Origin: an uncultured Dehalococcoidia bacterium
GTDB lineage: Bacteria > Chloroflexota > Dehalococcoidia > Lucifugimonadales > GCA-2712585
Assembly: GCA_964418665.1 (NCBI GenBank)
Contig: CAYQLZ010000010.1
Location: 14,723 to 78,722, forward strand
Length of the DNA stretch: 64,000 nt
Reading direction: 5' to 3'
This document shows positions 1-8,624 of this stretch, piece after piece (the first letter of the stretch is position 1; each line of letters starts with the position of its first letter). The position numbers and the translations under genes are program-made. The notes under the pieces were generated by a model, which was not told where the DNA came from, ran no database searches, and saw only the letters and a list, made by a program, of their open reading frames with translations.

Positions 1-478
1 ACTCCTGGACATCATAGATGTGCCGGTACTGGCTCATCAGCCAACGCACCACCAGAAAGAAAACTGGTTGATTGATGCTGAACGCCGGTGGGAGAAGACC
101 AGTCGGCTATCCTCCTCACATCTACCCATACTATCCGATGATTCGTCTTCCCTCTGGGTCAACGGTGACAGCAGTTCGGCAGGACTTAACGACAGGGTTT
201 CCTTGGACGCGGCGAAACACTTACAAGGATCTTTGTGCCTCATCAAGTCACAACTGGCGCTGAGAGTATTCGACCACTATTACCAGAGGCGCGTTCAGGG
301 GCAATTCTGGCACAATGGAGAGAACTATTGGCTCGCGGTAACCGACCCGGCCTTTCGACAGGAGTATTCGAATCGCGACGACGGCATCTATCAACTGGGA
401 GAACGCTATTTCACCTTGAGTCTCGGCGGAGCATTCAAGGATGGCAAATGCTATAAGCTGATCGCGGCCATATTCTAG
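1..478 (+). CDS. hypothetical protein, 3' part (gene starts off-window)
   Basis: Frame 2 has no stop from base 2 to TAG 476-478, so the GTG at 20 in the ORF track is probably internal. The C-terminus ...YQLGERYFTLSLGGAFKDGKCYKLIAAIF has no motif I can name. It lies 19 nt upstream of a DUF488 gene on the same strand. Confidence 0.5.
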   Translation, partial: LLDIIDVPVLAHQPTHHQKENWLIDAERRWEKTSRLSSSHLPILSDDSSSLWVNGDSSSAGLNDRVSLDAAKHLQGSLCLIKSQLALRVFDHYYQRRVQGQFWHNGENYWLAVTDPAFRQEYSNRDDGIYQLGERYFTLSLGGAFKDGKCYKLIAAIF

Positions 479-497
479 CCGTCGCCAAAAGGCCACC

Positions 498-1121
498 ATG
501 CACAATCCTCAGTTCTCAGTCTACACCATCGGGCACTCCAACCACTCCTTCGAGGCTTTCCTGGAATTGTTACGCTCGCATCATATCAGCGTTGTAATGG
601 ACGTTCGCTCGTCGCCGTACAGCCGCTACAACCCGCAATTCAACCACGATGCCCTTCACAGAATGCTCGAACACGAGGGAATCGGGTACAAGTTCCTCGG
701 CGGAGAACTTGGTGGCAGACCGCAGGACCGCTCATGCTACGACCAGCATGGACAGGTGCGGTTTGACAGGCTGGCAAACACCGACCTATTCGACGACGGT
801 ATCCGCCGCATCCTATGGGCGGCCGATGAAGGTCGCGTTGCCCTGATGTGCAGCGAGAAGGAACCCCTGAATTGCCACCGCACCCTCCTGGTTGCCAGAA
901 CTTTGGAAGAACGTAGCGTCCCCGTAGCCCATATACTCGCGGACGGCAGCTTGGAGACCCACGAGGATGCTATTAATAGATTGCTCGATGTATTCAAGCT
1001 GCCGCACCACGGAGACTTATTCCGTACCCGTGGAGAAGTCATCAACGACGCGATAAGCCGTCAGGTCAGCAAAGTCGCATACGTTGATGCTTCAGCGGCA
1101 AACGCCGATTGGAGTCACTGA
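498..1121 (+). CDS. DUF488 family protein
   Basis: 207-aa ORF. VYTIGHSNHS near the N-terminus, VMDVRSSP, and LMCSEKEPLNCHRTLL match DUF488 (PF04343) hallmarks. Confidence 0.85.
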   Translation: MHNPQFSVYTIGHSNHSFEAFLELLRSHHISVVMDVRSSPYSRYNPQFNHDALHRMLEHEGIGYKFLGGELGGRPQDRSCYDQHGQVRFDRLANTDLFDDGIRRILWAADEGRVALMCSEKEPLNCHRTLLVARTLEERSVPVAHILADGSLETHEDAINRLLDVFKLPHHGDLFRTRGEVINDAISRQVSKVAYVDASAANADWSH

Positions 1122-1123
1122 TT

Positions 1124-1582
1124 ATGAAAGTCTACACCATAGGCTTCACCAAGAAATCCGCCAGCGATTTCTTTGAGGCCCTTCGTCAATCCGGAGCAAA
1201 ACGGCTGGTGGACGTTCGCCTCAACAATGTCTCCCAGCTTGCGGGATTCGCCAAGAAAGACGACCTGGCCTATTTCCTGGAAAGGCTTTGCCGCATCCAG
1301 TACCTGCACATGCCGGAACTCGCCCCGACCCCGGAAATGCTGAAGGCTTACCGTCAAGGAGAGATGGACTGGGACGACTATGAGCGCAACTTTCTTTCTC
1401 TAATGGAACAGCGTCAGGTCAGCAAAATGGCGATCAAGCGCAAAATCGCCAATGCCTGCCTGCTCTGCAGCGAACACGAACCGGAGCGCTGCCACCGTAG
1501 GCTGGTTGCCGAGTATCTGAACGAGCATTGGGGCAACGTGGAAATAGTCCACCTCGGCAGTAACAGCACGGCCTCCGCCTAG
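1124..1582 (+). CDS. DUF488 family protein (second, tandem copy)
   Basis: MKVYTIGFTKKS..., VDVRLNN and LLCSEHEPERCHRRLV. ATG 1124 is preferred over track start 1109: TGGAG lies 9 nt upstream and the start is 3 nt after the stop of the previous gene. Confidence 0.85.
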   Translation: MKVYTIGFTKKSASDFFEALRQSGAKRLVDVRLNNVSQLAGFAKKDDLAYFLERLCRIQYLHMPELAPTPEMLKAYRQGEMDWDDYERNFLSLMEQRQVSKMAIKRKIANACLLCSEHEPERCHRRLVAEYLNEHWGNVEIVHLGSNSTASA

Positions 1583-1600
1583 CCCCACCCCGTCAAAAAA

Positions 1601-1638
1601 GAGGCCCCGCCGATTTGGGGGTAAAACGGCGGGGCCTC
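1601..1638. terminator. bidirectional intrinsic terminator hairpin
   Basis: GAGGCCCCGCCG (1601-1612) pairs perfectly with CGGCGGGGCCTC (1627-1638). It is flanked by AAAAAA upstream and TT downstream, and sits between convergent genes ending at 1582 and 1679. Confidence 0.7.
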
Positions 1639-1678
1639 TTATCGCACTGATGCGACAGTCCTGATTGTCTCTGCGAGC

Positions 1679-3517
1679 CTACTGATACACGGGCACCGTA
1701 TGCTCGTGATAGCGGTAGGTCCCGAAGTTGCTGAAGTTCACCGTATAGTCCTCAACCACGTCCGGGTTGTAGGCCACCTGGGAGAATACCCAGACCAGCG
1801 GAATCGTGAACGCCTTGTCATGCCAGGCATCGCCGAAAGCAATCGCCCCTGCGTCCCGCTCCTCTACACTCGTAGCCGAGCGGCAAACCTCTTGGAGAGT
1901 GTCTACCTCTTCGAACTCGCGGTATCCCACACCGCTATCGTGAGGGAAGCCGAATTGAATGCGGTTGCAAATTGGGCTGTACCCCGGCGACGCCCCATAC
2001 ATCCAGCTGGGGTCTTTGCCAGACTGCGCTTTGGCGCGGAATTCGCCAAAGTTCTGGTCAATCTCCAGTTCGGCAGTAACGCCAACCGCGGCAAAGTACT
2101 GGATAATCTGCTCGCACATGGATGGCCAGTCCGGGATCACCCGATGGGTGCGTAGGCAGTTGATGCGGGTCTCGAAGCCGTCAGGGAATCCGGCGTCGGC
2201 CAGCATCTCCTTCGCCGCTTCGGGGTCGTAGGGATAGGGCCATCCACCTTCCTTGCCGGTTCGACCGTCAGGGCCAGGGACGGGAGCCCACCGGTCCTGC
2301 CAGTCGGAGCGCCACGTCGGGTATTCGTCAACCAGCGGGAAGCCCTCCCCGTTATAGAACACCTCGTTGAGCTCGTTCCGGTCCACCGCGTAATTAAGGG
2401 CCAGGCGAACCTGGGGATTCCGCAGCGGGTCGTTCGGATCGTAGCCCTCGGGATCTCCCTTGGCACGCCCACCCGACGGTGGCTCACCGGTTTCAGGATC
2501 AACGTAATTCATCTCCCGGTAGTAGATGAACGCTATGGCCTGATTGACGCTCGGCAGCGTGGCCTTGCTTATCGAGTATCCAGCGCTCTGTATCTGCTCC
2601 CTCTGGTCTGCCACCAACGGGATGATGTCTGCCTCTCCACTGAACAGCATGGCTAGACGGGTGGCCGGTTCCTGAATCTGCAGGAATTGCAACTCGTGAA
2701 ACTCAGGCGTCTTCCTCCAGTGGCCTTCTACCCGCTCGTGCAGGTACGACTGGTCTACCTGGTGGCTTACGTAGGACCAGGGTCCGGTGCCTACCGGATC
2801 TGCCTGGTAGCCCTCCTCGCCGCCGACCGCGTCCCAGTGATCACGGCTCATTATGCCCGATTCCCACACGTCAGAAACGTTAAAGGGAAGCTCCAGGTTA
2901 ACATTGGGGGTATGGGCAATTACCTTGAATTCATTGACCACTTCCCAGTCCTCTGGATCGCCCAACAGGCCGTGCCACCGTCCCGGACTCCTGGTCAGCG
3001 TGGTTGGGAAATTGCCAATATCGCCAATCAGAAGGTCCCACGTCATGGTCAGGTCTTTGGCGCTGAAGGTGAAGTCGCCATAAGGCTCTCCGCCCTTGTA
3101 GAAGGGTACGCCCTCTCGCAGCTCGAAAGTCCAGGTCTTGCCATCGCCGCCGGAGTCCCACGCAAGGGCCAATTCCGGAAGCTCTTCGTTGCTGCGAATG
3201 TCGTGTCCTATCAGGTGCTCGTATTCCGGCATCTTGGCCCAGGACACCTGGCTGCCGGGATAGGGTATCGTGTATTGCTCTCCATCCACCGGGTTCGCGG
3301 TGATCAGGCGAGTCTTTACAGGCACGGGCTCAGCCTCGGTGGGTGCAGGCGTGGGGGCCGCTGTGGTTGGCGCCGCCGTTGCCGCGGGAGCCGGAGCGGA
3401 AGTCGCAGCAGGCGCGGCCGTTGCCGCGGGGGTTGCCTCTTCCTCTTCGTCGCCACCGCAGGCTGCAATTGTCATCACCAGTAGAACAAGCAATGACAAG
3501 GCAATTACGCCCCGCAT
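1679..3517 (-). CDS. ABC transporter substrate-binding lipoprotein, family 5 (peptide/nickel type)
   Basis: Long ORF with SBP_bac_5-like body. Start taken at ATG 3517 (MRGVIALSLLVLLVMTIAACGG lipobox) rather than track start 3601. An Ala/Pro/Thr-rich linker follows the Cys. Confidence 0.85.
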   Translation of the reverse strand: MRGVIALSLLVLLVMTIAACGGDEEEEATPAATAAPAATSAPAPAATAAPTTAAPTPAPTEAEPVPVKTRLITANPVDGEQYTIPYPGSQVSWAKMPEYEHLIGHDIRSNEELPELALAWDSGGDGKTWTFELREGVPFYKGGEPYGDFTFSAKDLTMTWDLLIGDIGNFPTTLTRSPGRWHGLLGDPEDWEVVNEFKVIAHTPNVNLELPFNVSDVWESGIMSRDHWDAVGGEEGYQADPVGTGPWSYVSHQVDQSYLHERVEGHWRKTPEFHELQFLQIQEPATRLAMLFSGEADIIPLVADQREQIQSAGYSISKATLPSVNQAIAFIYYREMNYVDPETGEPPSGGRAKGDPEGYDPNDPLRNPQVRLALNYAVDRNELNEVFYNGEGFPLVDEYPTWRSDWQDRWAPVPGPDGRTGKEGGWPYPYDPEAAKEMLADAGFPDGFETRINCLRTHRVIPDWPSMCEQIIQYFAAVGVTAELEIDQNFGEFRAKAQSGKDPSWMYGASPGYSPICNRIQFGFPHDSGVGYREFEEVDTLQEVCRSATSVEERDAGAIAFGDAWHDKAFTIPLVWVFSQVAYNPDVVEDYTVNFSNFGTYRYHEHTVPVYQ

Positions 3518-3656
3518 ATCCCACTGAATGGTTTTGATACGTCTCGTAAAGCTTCTCAAATTGATACATCCTTTTACCTGAAATAAATAGCCGTTTATCA
3601 ACGTTACCGTGTGATTTCCAGGCGATTTCGGGCTAGCTTAGGCTTGCGAAAACCCT

Positions 3657-3684
3657 TTGTCAAGCGTCAAACTTGCAATATACT
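3657..3684 (+). promoter_or_regulatory. candidate sigma70-type promoter
   Basis: TTGTCA (3657-3662), 16-nt spacer, TATACT (3679-3684), about 33 nt upstream of ATG 3717. Confidence 0.35.
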
Positions 3685-3716
3685 TGGGTGAAATCTCCAC
3701 GGGGGTTTGATGATCC

Positions 3717-4259
3717 ATGAAGGCTCACTCCGACTTTAATTTCTCCTCCACAAACGGTCAGCGCATCGTCCTGGTGGCAGCATTTGTCTCTGCTATTTTC
3801 GCCACCCTCCTGTTCTCCGCGTGTGGAGGAAGTGATTCAGACCAGGAGGCTGCCTCCACCCCAACTCGTTCCGATGGAACGGCGGCTGCCACCCGGCTCC
3901 CCGCCACTACGGCGCCCGCAGCCACCAGGGTTTCAACTTCCTCACAAGAGAAGCTGTTTCTCAGCGCCGACCAGTTCGACGAGGTTGACGTCGACCTCAC
4001 GGCGGGAGACCTCCTCCGTGTCGTCTACACGTCAGAAGTGACCATAAGCCCCGGCCTGGGTGGCACCGGGCACCAGGAACGGGGGGTGCTTATGGTAATC
4101 CTGGACCCCAACGAGGAACAGCACATCACTGTTGAAGAGTCGTCGGATCATTCCGTGGACATGACGGCCGCACTTACCGGTACGCACAAAATTGTCTTCA
4201 TCAATCCGAATCAGCTGGAAGGGCTCAATGTCAACTTGGAATACTTCATCAATCCATAG
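3717..4259 (+). CDS. hypothetical lipoprotein
   Basis: 180-aa ORF. The hydrophobic N-terminus ends in the lipobox LLFSACGG, followed by a Thr/Ala/Pro-rich linker. The C-terminal domain is unrecognised. Confidence 0.6.
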   Translation: MKAHSDFNFSSTNGQRIVLVAAFVSAIFATLLFSACGGSDSDQEAASTPTRSDGTAAATRLPATTAPAATRVSTSSQEKLFLSADQFDEVDVDLTAGDLLRVVYTSEVTISPGLGGTGHQERGVLMVILDPNEEQHITVEESSDHSVDMTAALTGTHKIVFINPNQLEGLNVNLEYFINP

Positions 4260-4318
4260 ACTTTGCGCCTCATTCATTTTCTCCAGATGACCTCCCTCAT
4301 CAACGCGCCGCCTGACTC

Positions 4319-5779
4319 ATGCCCCACACCACCCTCGTAACCGGCGCCACCGGGTATATTGGCGGCAGGCTTGTCCCTCGCCTCCTCGACGAAGGCCGCA
4401 AAGTCCGGGTGCTCGTCCGCAGCCGCGAGCGCACCCTCTCCCGCCCCTGGAGCGGCCGGGTGGAGATCGCCGTCGGCGACGCTCTCAAGCCGGAAACCCT
4501 CCCCGAAGCGATGGCGGGCGTCCACACCGCCTACTACCTCATCCACAGCATCGCCGGCCCCTCCGGCTTCGAAGAACTCGATCTGAAGGCCGCCCGCAAC
4601 TTTGGAGAAGCCGCGAAGGCGGCGGGCGTGCAGCACATCATCTACCTCGGCGGTCTCGGCGACCCCCGGGCCGACCTCTCCCCTCACCTCCGCTCCCGGC
4701 AGCAGACCGGCGACGCCCTCCGCGAAAGCGGCGTCGCCGTCACCGAATTCCGCGCCGCCGTCATAATCGGCTCCGGCAGCATCTCCTTCGAAATGATCCG
4801 TCACCTCGCGGAGCGACTCCCAATCATGGTCTGCCCCAGGTGGATCTACTCCCGCATCCAGCCCATCGACGTCGAAGACCTGCTGGACTATCTTGTCGCC
4901 GGCCTCGACAACCCGGAAAGCCAGGGGCGCACCATCGAAATCGGCGGTGACGACGTTACCACCTACCGCGGCCTCATGCTGGGATACGCCCGTGCCCGCG
5001 GCCTCCGCCGATTCATGATTCCCGTACCCGTCCTCTCTCCCCGATTATCCTCCTACTGGGTCCACTGGTTCACACCCATTCCCGCCAAGATCACTTCCGC
5101 CCTCGTCGAGGGTCTCCGAAACGACGTGGTAGTCACGAATGACGTGGCCAAGACCCTGTTTCCCAACATCAACCCGAAGGACTATTCCTCCGCTATCGGC
5201 AGCGTCATCCGGGACCTGGACGAAGGACGCATCGACACTTCATGGAGCGACACCGCCAACATTCCAGACGACGCAGAAAGCCGCGTGCGGATCGAATCCC
5301 GCCAGGGAGTGATAATCGAACGCCGCGTCAGACCGGTGGCGGCTTCCGGCGCTGACGTATTCAAGATCATCTCCGGCATCGGCGGCGACAGGGGCTGGTT
5401 CTTCGCCAACTGGACATGGCGAATCCGCGGAATGGTCGACCGTCTCCTTGGCGGCGCGGGCCTCCGTAGGGGACGCCGCCACCCGGAGGATCTGCGTGTC
5501 GGCGACGCCATCGACTTCTGGCGCGTCGAATCGATTCTGGAGCGACGCCTCATTCGCCTCAGAGCCGAAATGAAGCTGCCGGGCCGTGCCTGGCTTCAGT
5601 ACGAGATTCAGAAGACTCGCGGCGGCGCCTGCCAGCTGGTTCAGACTGCATTCTTCATACCCAGGGGACTGCCGGGCCTCCTGTACTGGTACGGCCTCTA
5701 TCCCATCCACTCCTGGATCTTCAGCGGCCTCATCAAGGCCATCGCCCGCCGCGCCGAAAATAACCAGGGGGCGGTTTGA
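4319..5779 (+). CDS. NAD(P)-binding SDR/NmrA-like protein with C-terminal DUF2867 domain
   Basis: N-terminal Rossmann motif TLVTGATGYIGGRL. The C-terminal region (GGDRGWFFANWTWRIRGMVDRLLGGAGLRRGRR...DFWRVE) resembles DUF2867. Confidence 0.8.
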   Translation: MPHTTLVTGATGYIGGRLVPRLLDEGRKVRVLVRSRERTLSRPWSGRVEIAVGDALKPETLPEAMAGVHTAYYLIHSIAGPSGFEELDLKAARNFGEAAKAAGVQHIIYLGGLGDPRADLSPHLRSRQQTGDALRESGVAVTEFRAAVIIGSGSISFEMIRHLAERLPIMVCPRWIYSRIQPIDVEDLLDYLVAGLDNPESQGRTIEIGGDDVTTYRGLMLGYARARGLRRFMIPVPVLSPRLSSYWVHWFTPIPAKITSALVEGLRNDVVVTNDVAKTLFPNINPKDYSSAIGSVIRDLDEGRIDTSWSDTANIPDDAESRVRIESRQGVIIERRVRPVAASGADVFKIISGIGGDRGWFFANWTWRIRGMVDRLLGGAGLRRGRRHPEDLRVGDAIDFWRVESILERRLIRLRAEMKLPGRAWLQYEIQKTRGGACQLVQTAFFIPRGLPGLLYWYGLYPIHSWIFSGLIKAIARRAENNQGAV

Positions 5780-5789
5780 TACCGCCCCC
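5767..5789. terminator. bidirectional terminator hairpin
   Basis: GGGGGCGGT (5767-5775) pairs with ACCGCCCCC (5781-5789). The TGA stop of the upstream gene lies in the loop. It sits between convergent genes. Confidence 0.55.
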
Positions 5790-5817
5790 CGTCAGATTCT
5801 GCCGGTAGCGCCACCCC

Positions 5818-8352
5818 TTACGACGGAGCTAGTCTGGTCGCCGTCACGTTGCCCGTCCGGAACCACACCCCCTCAGGCATCTCCTCCGGCAGGAACCTCA
5901 CCTTCGGCGAAGCCCCACGTCCGGTCACCGTGACGTAACCCACCTCGACTCTACCGTCCTCCAGCCTCCTGGACCGGATCTGACCTATAACTTCATCATC
6001 CACCAGAACGTCGCTGCTCAACACCCACTCGTCCACCTCCGCATCCGTTGCCAGGTGCCGCATTTCGGGGAAAATCTGCTCCCCATTCCTGAGCTCCACA
6101 CCATGCTCAATTCGGCCGTCGTCGCCCAGTCTGGAAAGCACTCTCAGCCTGAATGGCGGGGGCGTCGGACGGGGCGGGGGCGGCGCTATGTTGAACAGGT
6201 CCAGGAAGGCTCGGTCCTCGCCTATGAACAGGTTCTCGAAGAACTGCTCATTCTCATCGTCCGCACCGTTCCCGCATAGAACGGCATCCGCCGCGAGCTC
6301 ATACATCGGCAGCGCCACCCGCATCTCCGTGTCCGCCGTCAGAATCCAGGACAGGTCTCGTACGTCGGCGCGTCTCAGCGGCACCGCTATCGACGCCGGG
6401 TTGCTGCAGGAATAGGCGTCGTTGAACTTGTCCATCATCAGCTGCACCCCTTCGTCCTCCCAACCAGTCTCCGCAGCCCTCGCAGCTTCCACAATCTCTC
6501 CCGCCCCAATCAGCGGCGCCAGCACCTTCTCTCCGTAGAACAGCTGCGAATGCAGGCCGAAGGCGTCTGCGAAGCTTATAGGCGACGCGTCTCCGATGCG
6601 GGCCTGCAACCCCTTCCACGTCGAAACGAGGGACACCGCCCGGGCCGAAGCCTTCTCCGCCATGGCCAGCAGAAGCTCCTCCACCTTCACCGGGTTCACC
6701 GACTCCCCATCAAGCAGCGGCCTTCTCATTCCCGAGTCCTGAAGAGCGGTGGAATACTGATTCCCAAACAGCTTCATCAGGTCTATGGAGGAAGGACTCG
6801 GCACGCTGGTTGGCTCGCCTTCTCCGGTGGATGGCAAACTGGCAACCGCAGGTCTCTCGAACAACCCCTCCAGGCCTTGGGTCTGCACTCCTGCAGCGTA
6901 CAGCGCCTTCTCCCGCTGTTCTGCCGGCACCTCACTATCCGGCGTAATGGTACGCGTTACGGATGTAGTCACCTTCCCATCTTCGTCCGCCGTGGCAGAT
7001 ACCTGGTAGTCCAGGCCGTCAACACGGACATTCATGGGTCCGAAGGGGTAGCCTTCCAGGACCATCAGGTTTCGCCACAAACCGTGGAACCCAACCTCAT
7101 TATCCTCTTCGTCGTAGGTGATGATAGCCACAAACACCCAGGACGGGCCGGGCTTGTTCAACGTCAGCTCATAGGGCTTCACTTCTAAATCGGACGCACT
7201 TATCGCGCTTGCCGTCTCCTGTCCTGTGTGATAGGAAACTCCGGGTGCCCAGAAGCCATCTTCTGCTTCTATCGTATTGCCCACCTTATATGAACGTGGG
7301 AACGCAACGTACATGAAACCTCTGCCGCCAACTTCTGCAAGGTCCCCCAGCCCCAAGTTGCCCACGCGATAGTGAACGTTAAAGGGAACCCCGGCGTATA
7401 CTACGTCCGGGGCATGGGTCTCCTCTATCTTCAGCTGGTAGCTCTGCAACCGCTCCTCTTCATCCACCACACCCACGGTCAGGGTGAAGTCCGCGACAAG
7501 CGGCTGCAGGTCTCGCTGTAGATAGGTCGTCGCCTCTATCAGGTACACGCCGGCCTGCAGATACTGCTCGATGCGCGCATTCCGACGCTCGCCGGCATCG
7601 TCGTTGGCAGCTATTATGCCGGTGGCGGAGGCGAGGGAGAGCACGGCATCGCCATGCTCGGACTCCAGGTCTATGCGGACGCGAGCATCCTCGGGCAAAT
7701 TGAATGAGTACCGATACGCCGGGTGCTGCACCACAAAGGCGGAGCCACAGGTATCCAGAGACCAGGAACCCGATTCTGTCAGGGCAGCGTCTGTCCCAAG
7801 GGTGCCGAGGTGGATTGTGTCGCACCCGTCCACATAACCGATGGAAAGCATGAAGTCCGCCTGGCCTCGGTCTCTACCGCCTACGGTAGTCGCTTCAACC
7901 AGGTACACTCCGGGCGCCAGATCTCGCTCTACCCGCGCATCCAGGCCCGCCCCGCCGTCATCGTTGTCGATGATCCGCCTTCCATCCTCGGACATGAGAA
8001 TCAGGAACGAATCGCCCTCATCGGACTTCAGATCTATCCTGACGCGGCCTGCTTCCTGGACTTCGAAGCGAAATGTATGGGCATCGCTGCCCGCCCGGAA
8101 ACCGGACTCGCAGTCTTCCGTCGTCCAACTCCCCTCGGCTTCCAACAGGCCGTTGGACTCGGACCCAAGGGTCCCAAGGTCCGTCGTCTCGCAGTCAGCG
8201 TCAGCCTGCGCCGAAACCTCTCCAACACCCCGCAGGGTAAACGTGGCAGCCATCAGCGCGGCCATCGCAATCGCAAGAATAATTGCCCGCATACCAAGCC
8301 GTCTCAGCGACACGCGAGAAGTTCTTGAAACATTATCCCAATCGAAAGACAA
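5818..8352 (-). CDS. secreted protein with two N-terminal pre-peptidase C-terminal (PPC)-like repeats
   Basis: 844-aa ORF. The TTG start at 8352 has AGGGGG 5 nt upstream, and the signal-like N-terminus reads SLRRLGMRAIILAIAMAALMAA. Two ~115-aa repeats (about 7468-8190) share DLGTLG...GSW..D.C......H...YRF......RVRIDL.S..GD..L.L.....G.I...NDD.G....AR.E..L..GVYL.EATT. Confidence 0.75.
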   Translation of the reverse strand: MSFDWDNVSRTSRVSLRRLGMRAIILAIAMAALMAATFTLRGVGEVSAQADADCETTDLGTLGSESNGLLEAEGSWTTEDCESGFRAGSDAHTFRFEVQEAGRVRIDLKSDEGDSFLILMSEDGRRIIDNDDGGAGLDARVERDLAPGVYLVEATTVGGRDRGQADFMLSIGYVDGCDTIHLGTLGTDAALTESGSWSLDTCGSAFVVQHPAYRYSFNLPEDARVRIDLESEHGDAVLSLASATGIIAANDDAGERRNARIEQYLQAGVYLIEATTYLQRDLQPLVADFTLTVGVVDEEERLQSYQLKIEETHAPDVVYAGVPFNVHYRVGNLGLGDLAEVGGRGFMYVAFPRSYKVGNTIEAEDGFWAPGVSYHTGQETASAISASDLEVKPYELTLNKPGPSWVFVAIITYDEEDNEVGFHGLWRNLMVLEGYPFGPMNVRVDGLDYQVSATADEDGKVTTSVTRTITPDSEVPAEQREKALYAAGVQTQGLEGLFERPAVASLPSTGEGEPTSVPSPSSIDLMKLFGNQYSTALQDSGMRRPLLDGESVNPVKVEELLLAMAEKASARAVSLVSTWKGLQARIGDASPISFADAFGLHSQLFYGEKVLAPLIGAGEIVEAARAAETGWEDEGVQLMMDKFNDAYSCSNPASIAVPLRRADVRDLSWILTADTEMRVALPMYELAADAVLCGNGADDENEQFFENLFIGEDRAFLDLFNIAPPPPRPTPPPFRLRVLSRLGDDGRIEHGVELRNGEQIFPEMRHLATDAEVDEWVLSSDVLVDDEVIGQIRSRRLEDGRVEVGYVTVTGRGASPKVRFLPEEMPEGVWFRTGNVTATRLAPS

Positions 8353-8624
8353 GGCGGCCCCCTAACTCATTCATCGATAATTCTGTGAAACCATAGCCCC
8401 TTACTGGCTACAGTCCAGTCTCTATTCTCCGGATTGCCATCGAATCGATGGCTCTGTTTAGGAGTGGAATTATATCACCAGTCTCTTCTCCTCTTCTCCA
8501 AAATGTTAGTCTGCCTGTATACGACGTTTCCCTGAACACTGGATTCCTGTCGCAATCCAAGAGGGATTCGGACGAACTCCTCCCGAGTGATACCCGGCTG
8601 AGGTCACATGCCGTGGAACTCACG

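Noticed and set aside
8436-8452. 17-nt perfect palindrome GCCATCGA-A-TCGATGGC between rmuC and the PPC-repeat gene
   Set aside because: I considered it as a terminator for rmuC. The loop would be 1-3 nt and no T-tract follows on the minus strand. It may be a protein-binding site, but there is nothing further to support a call.
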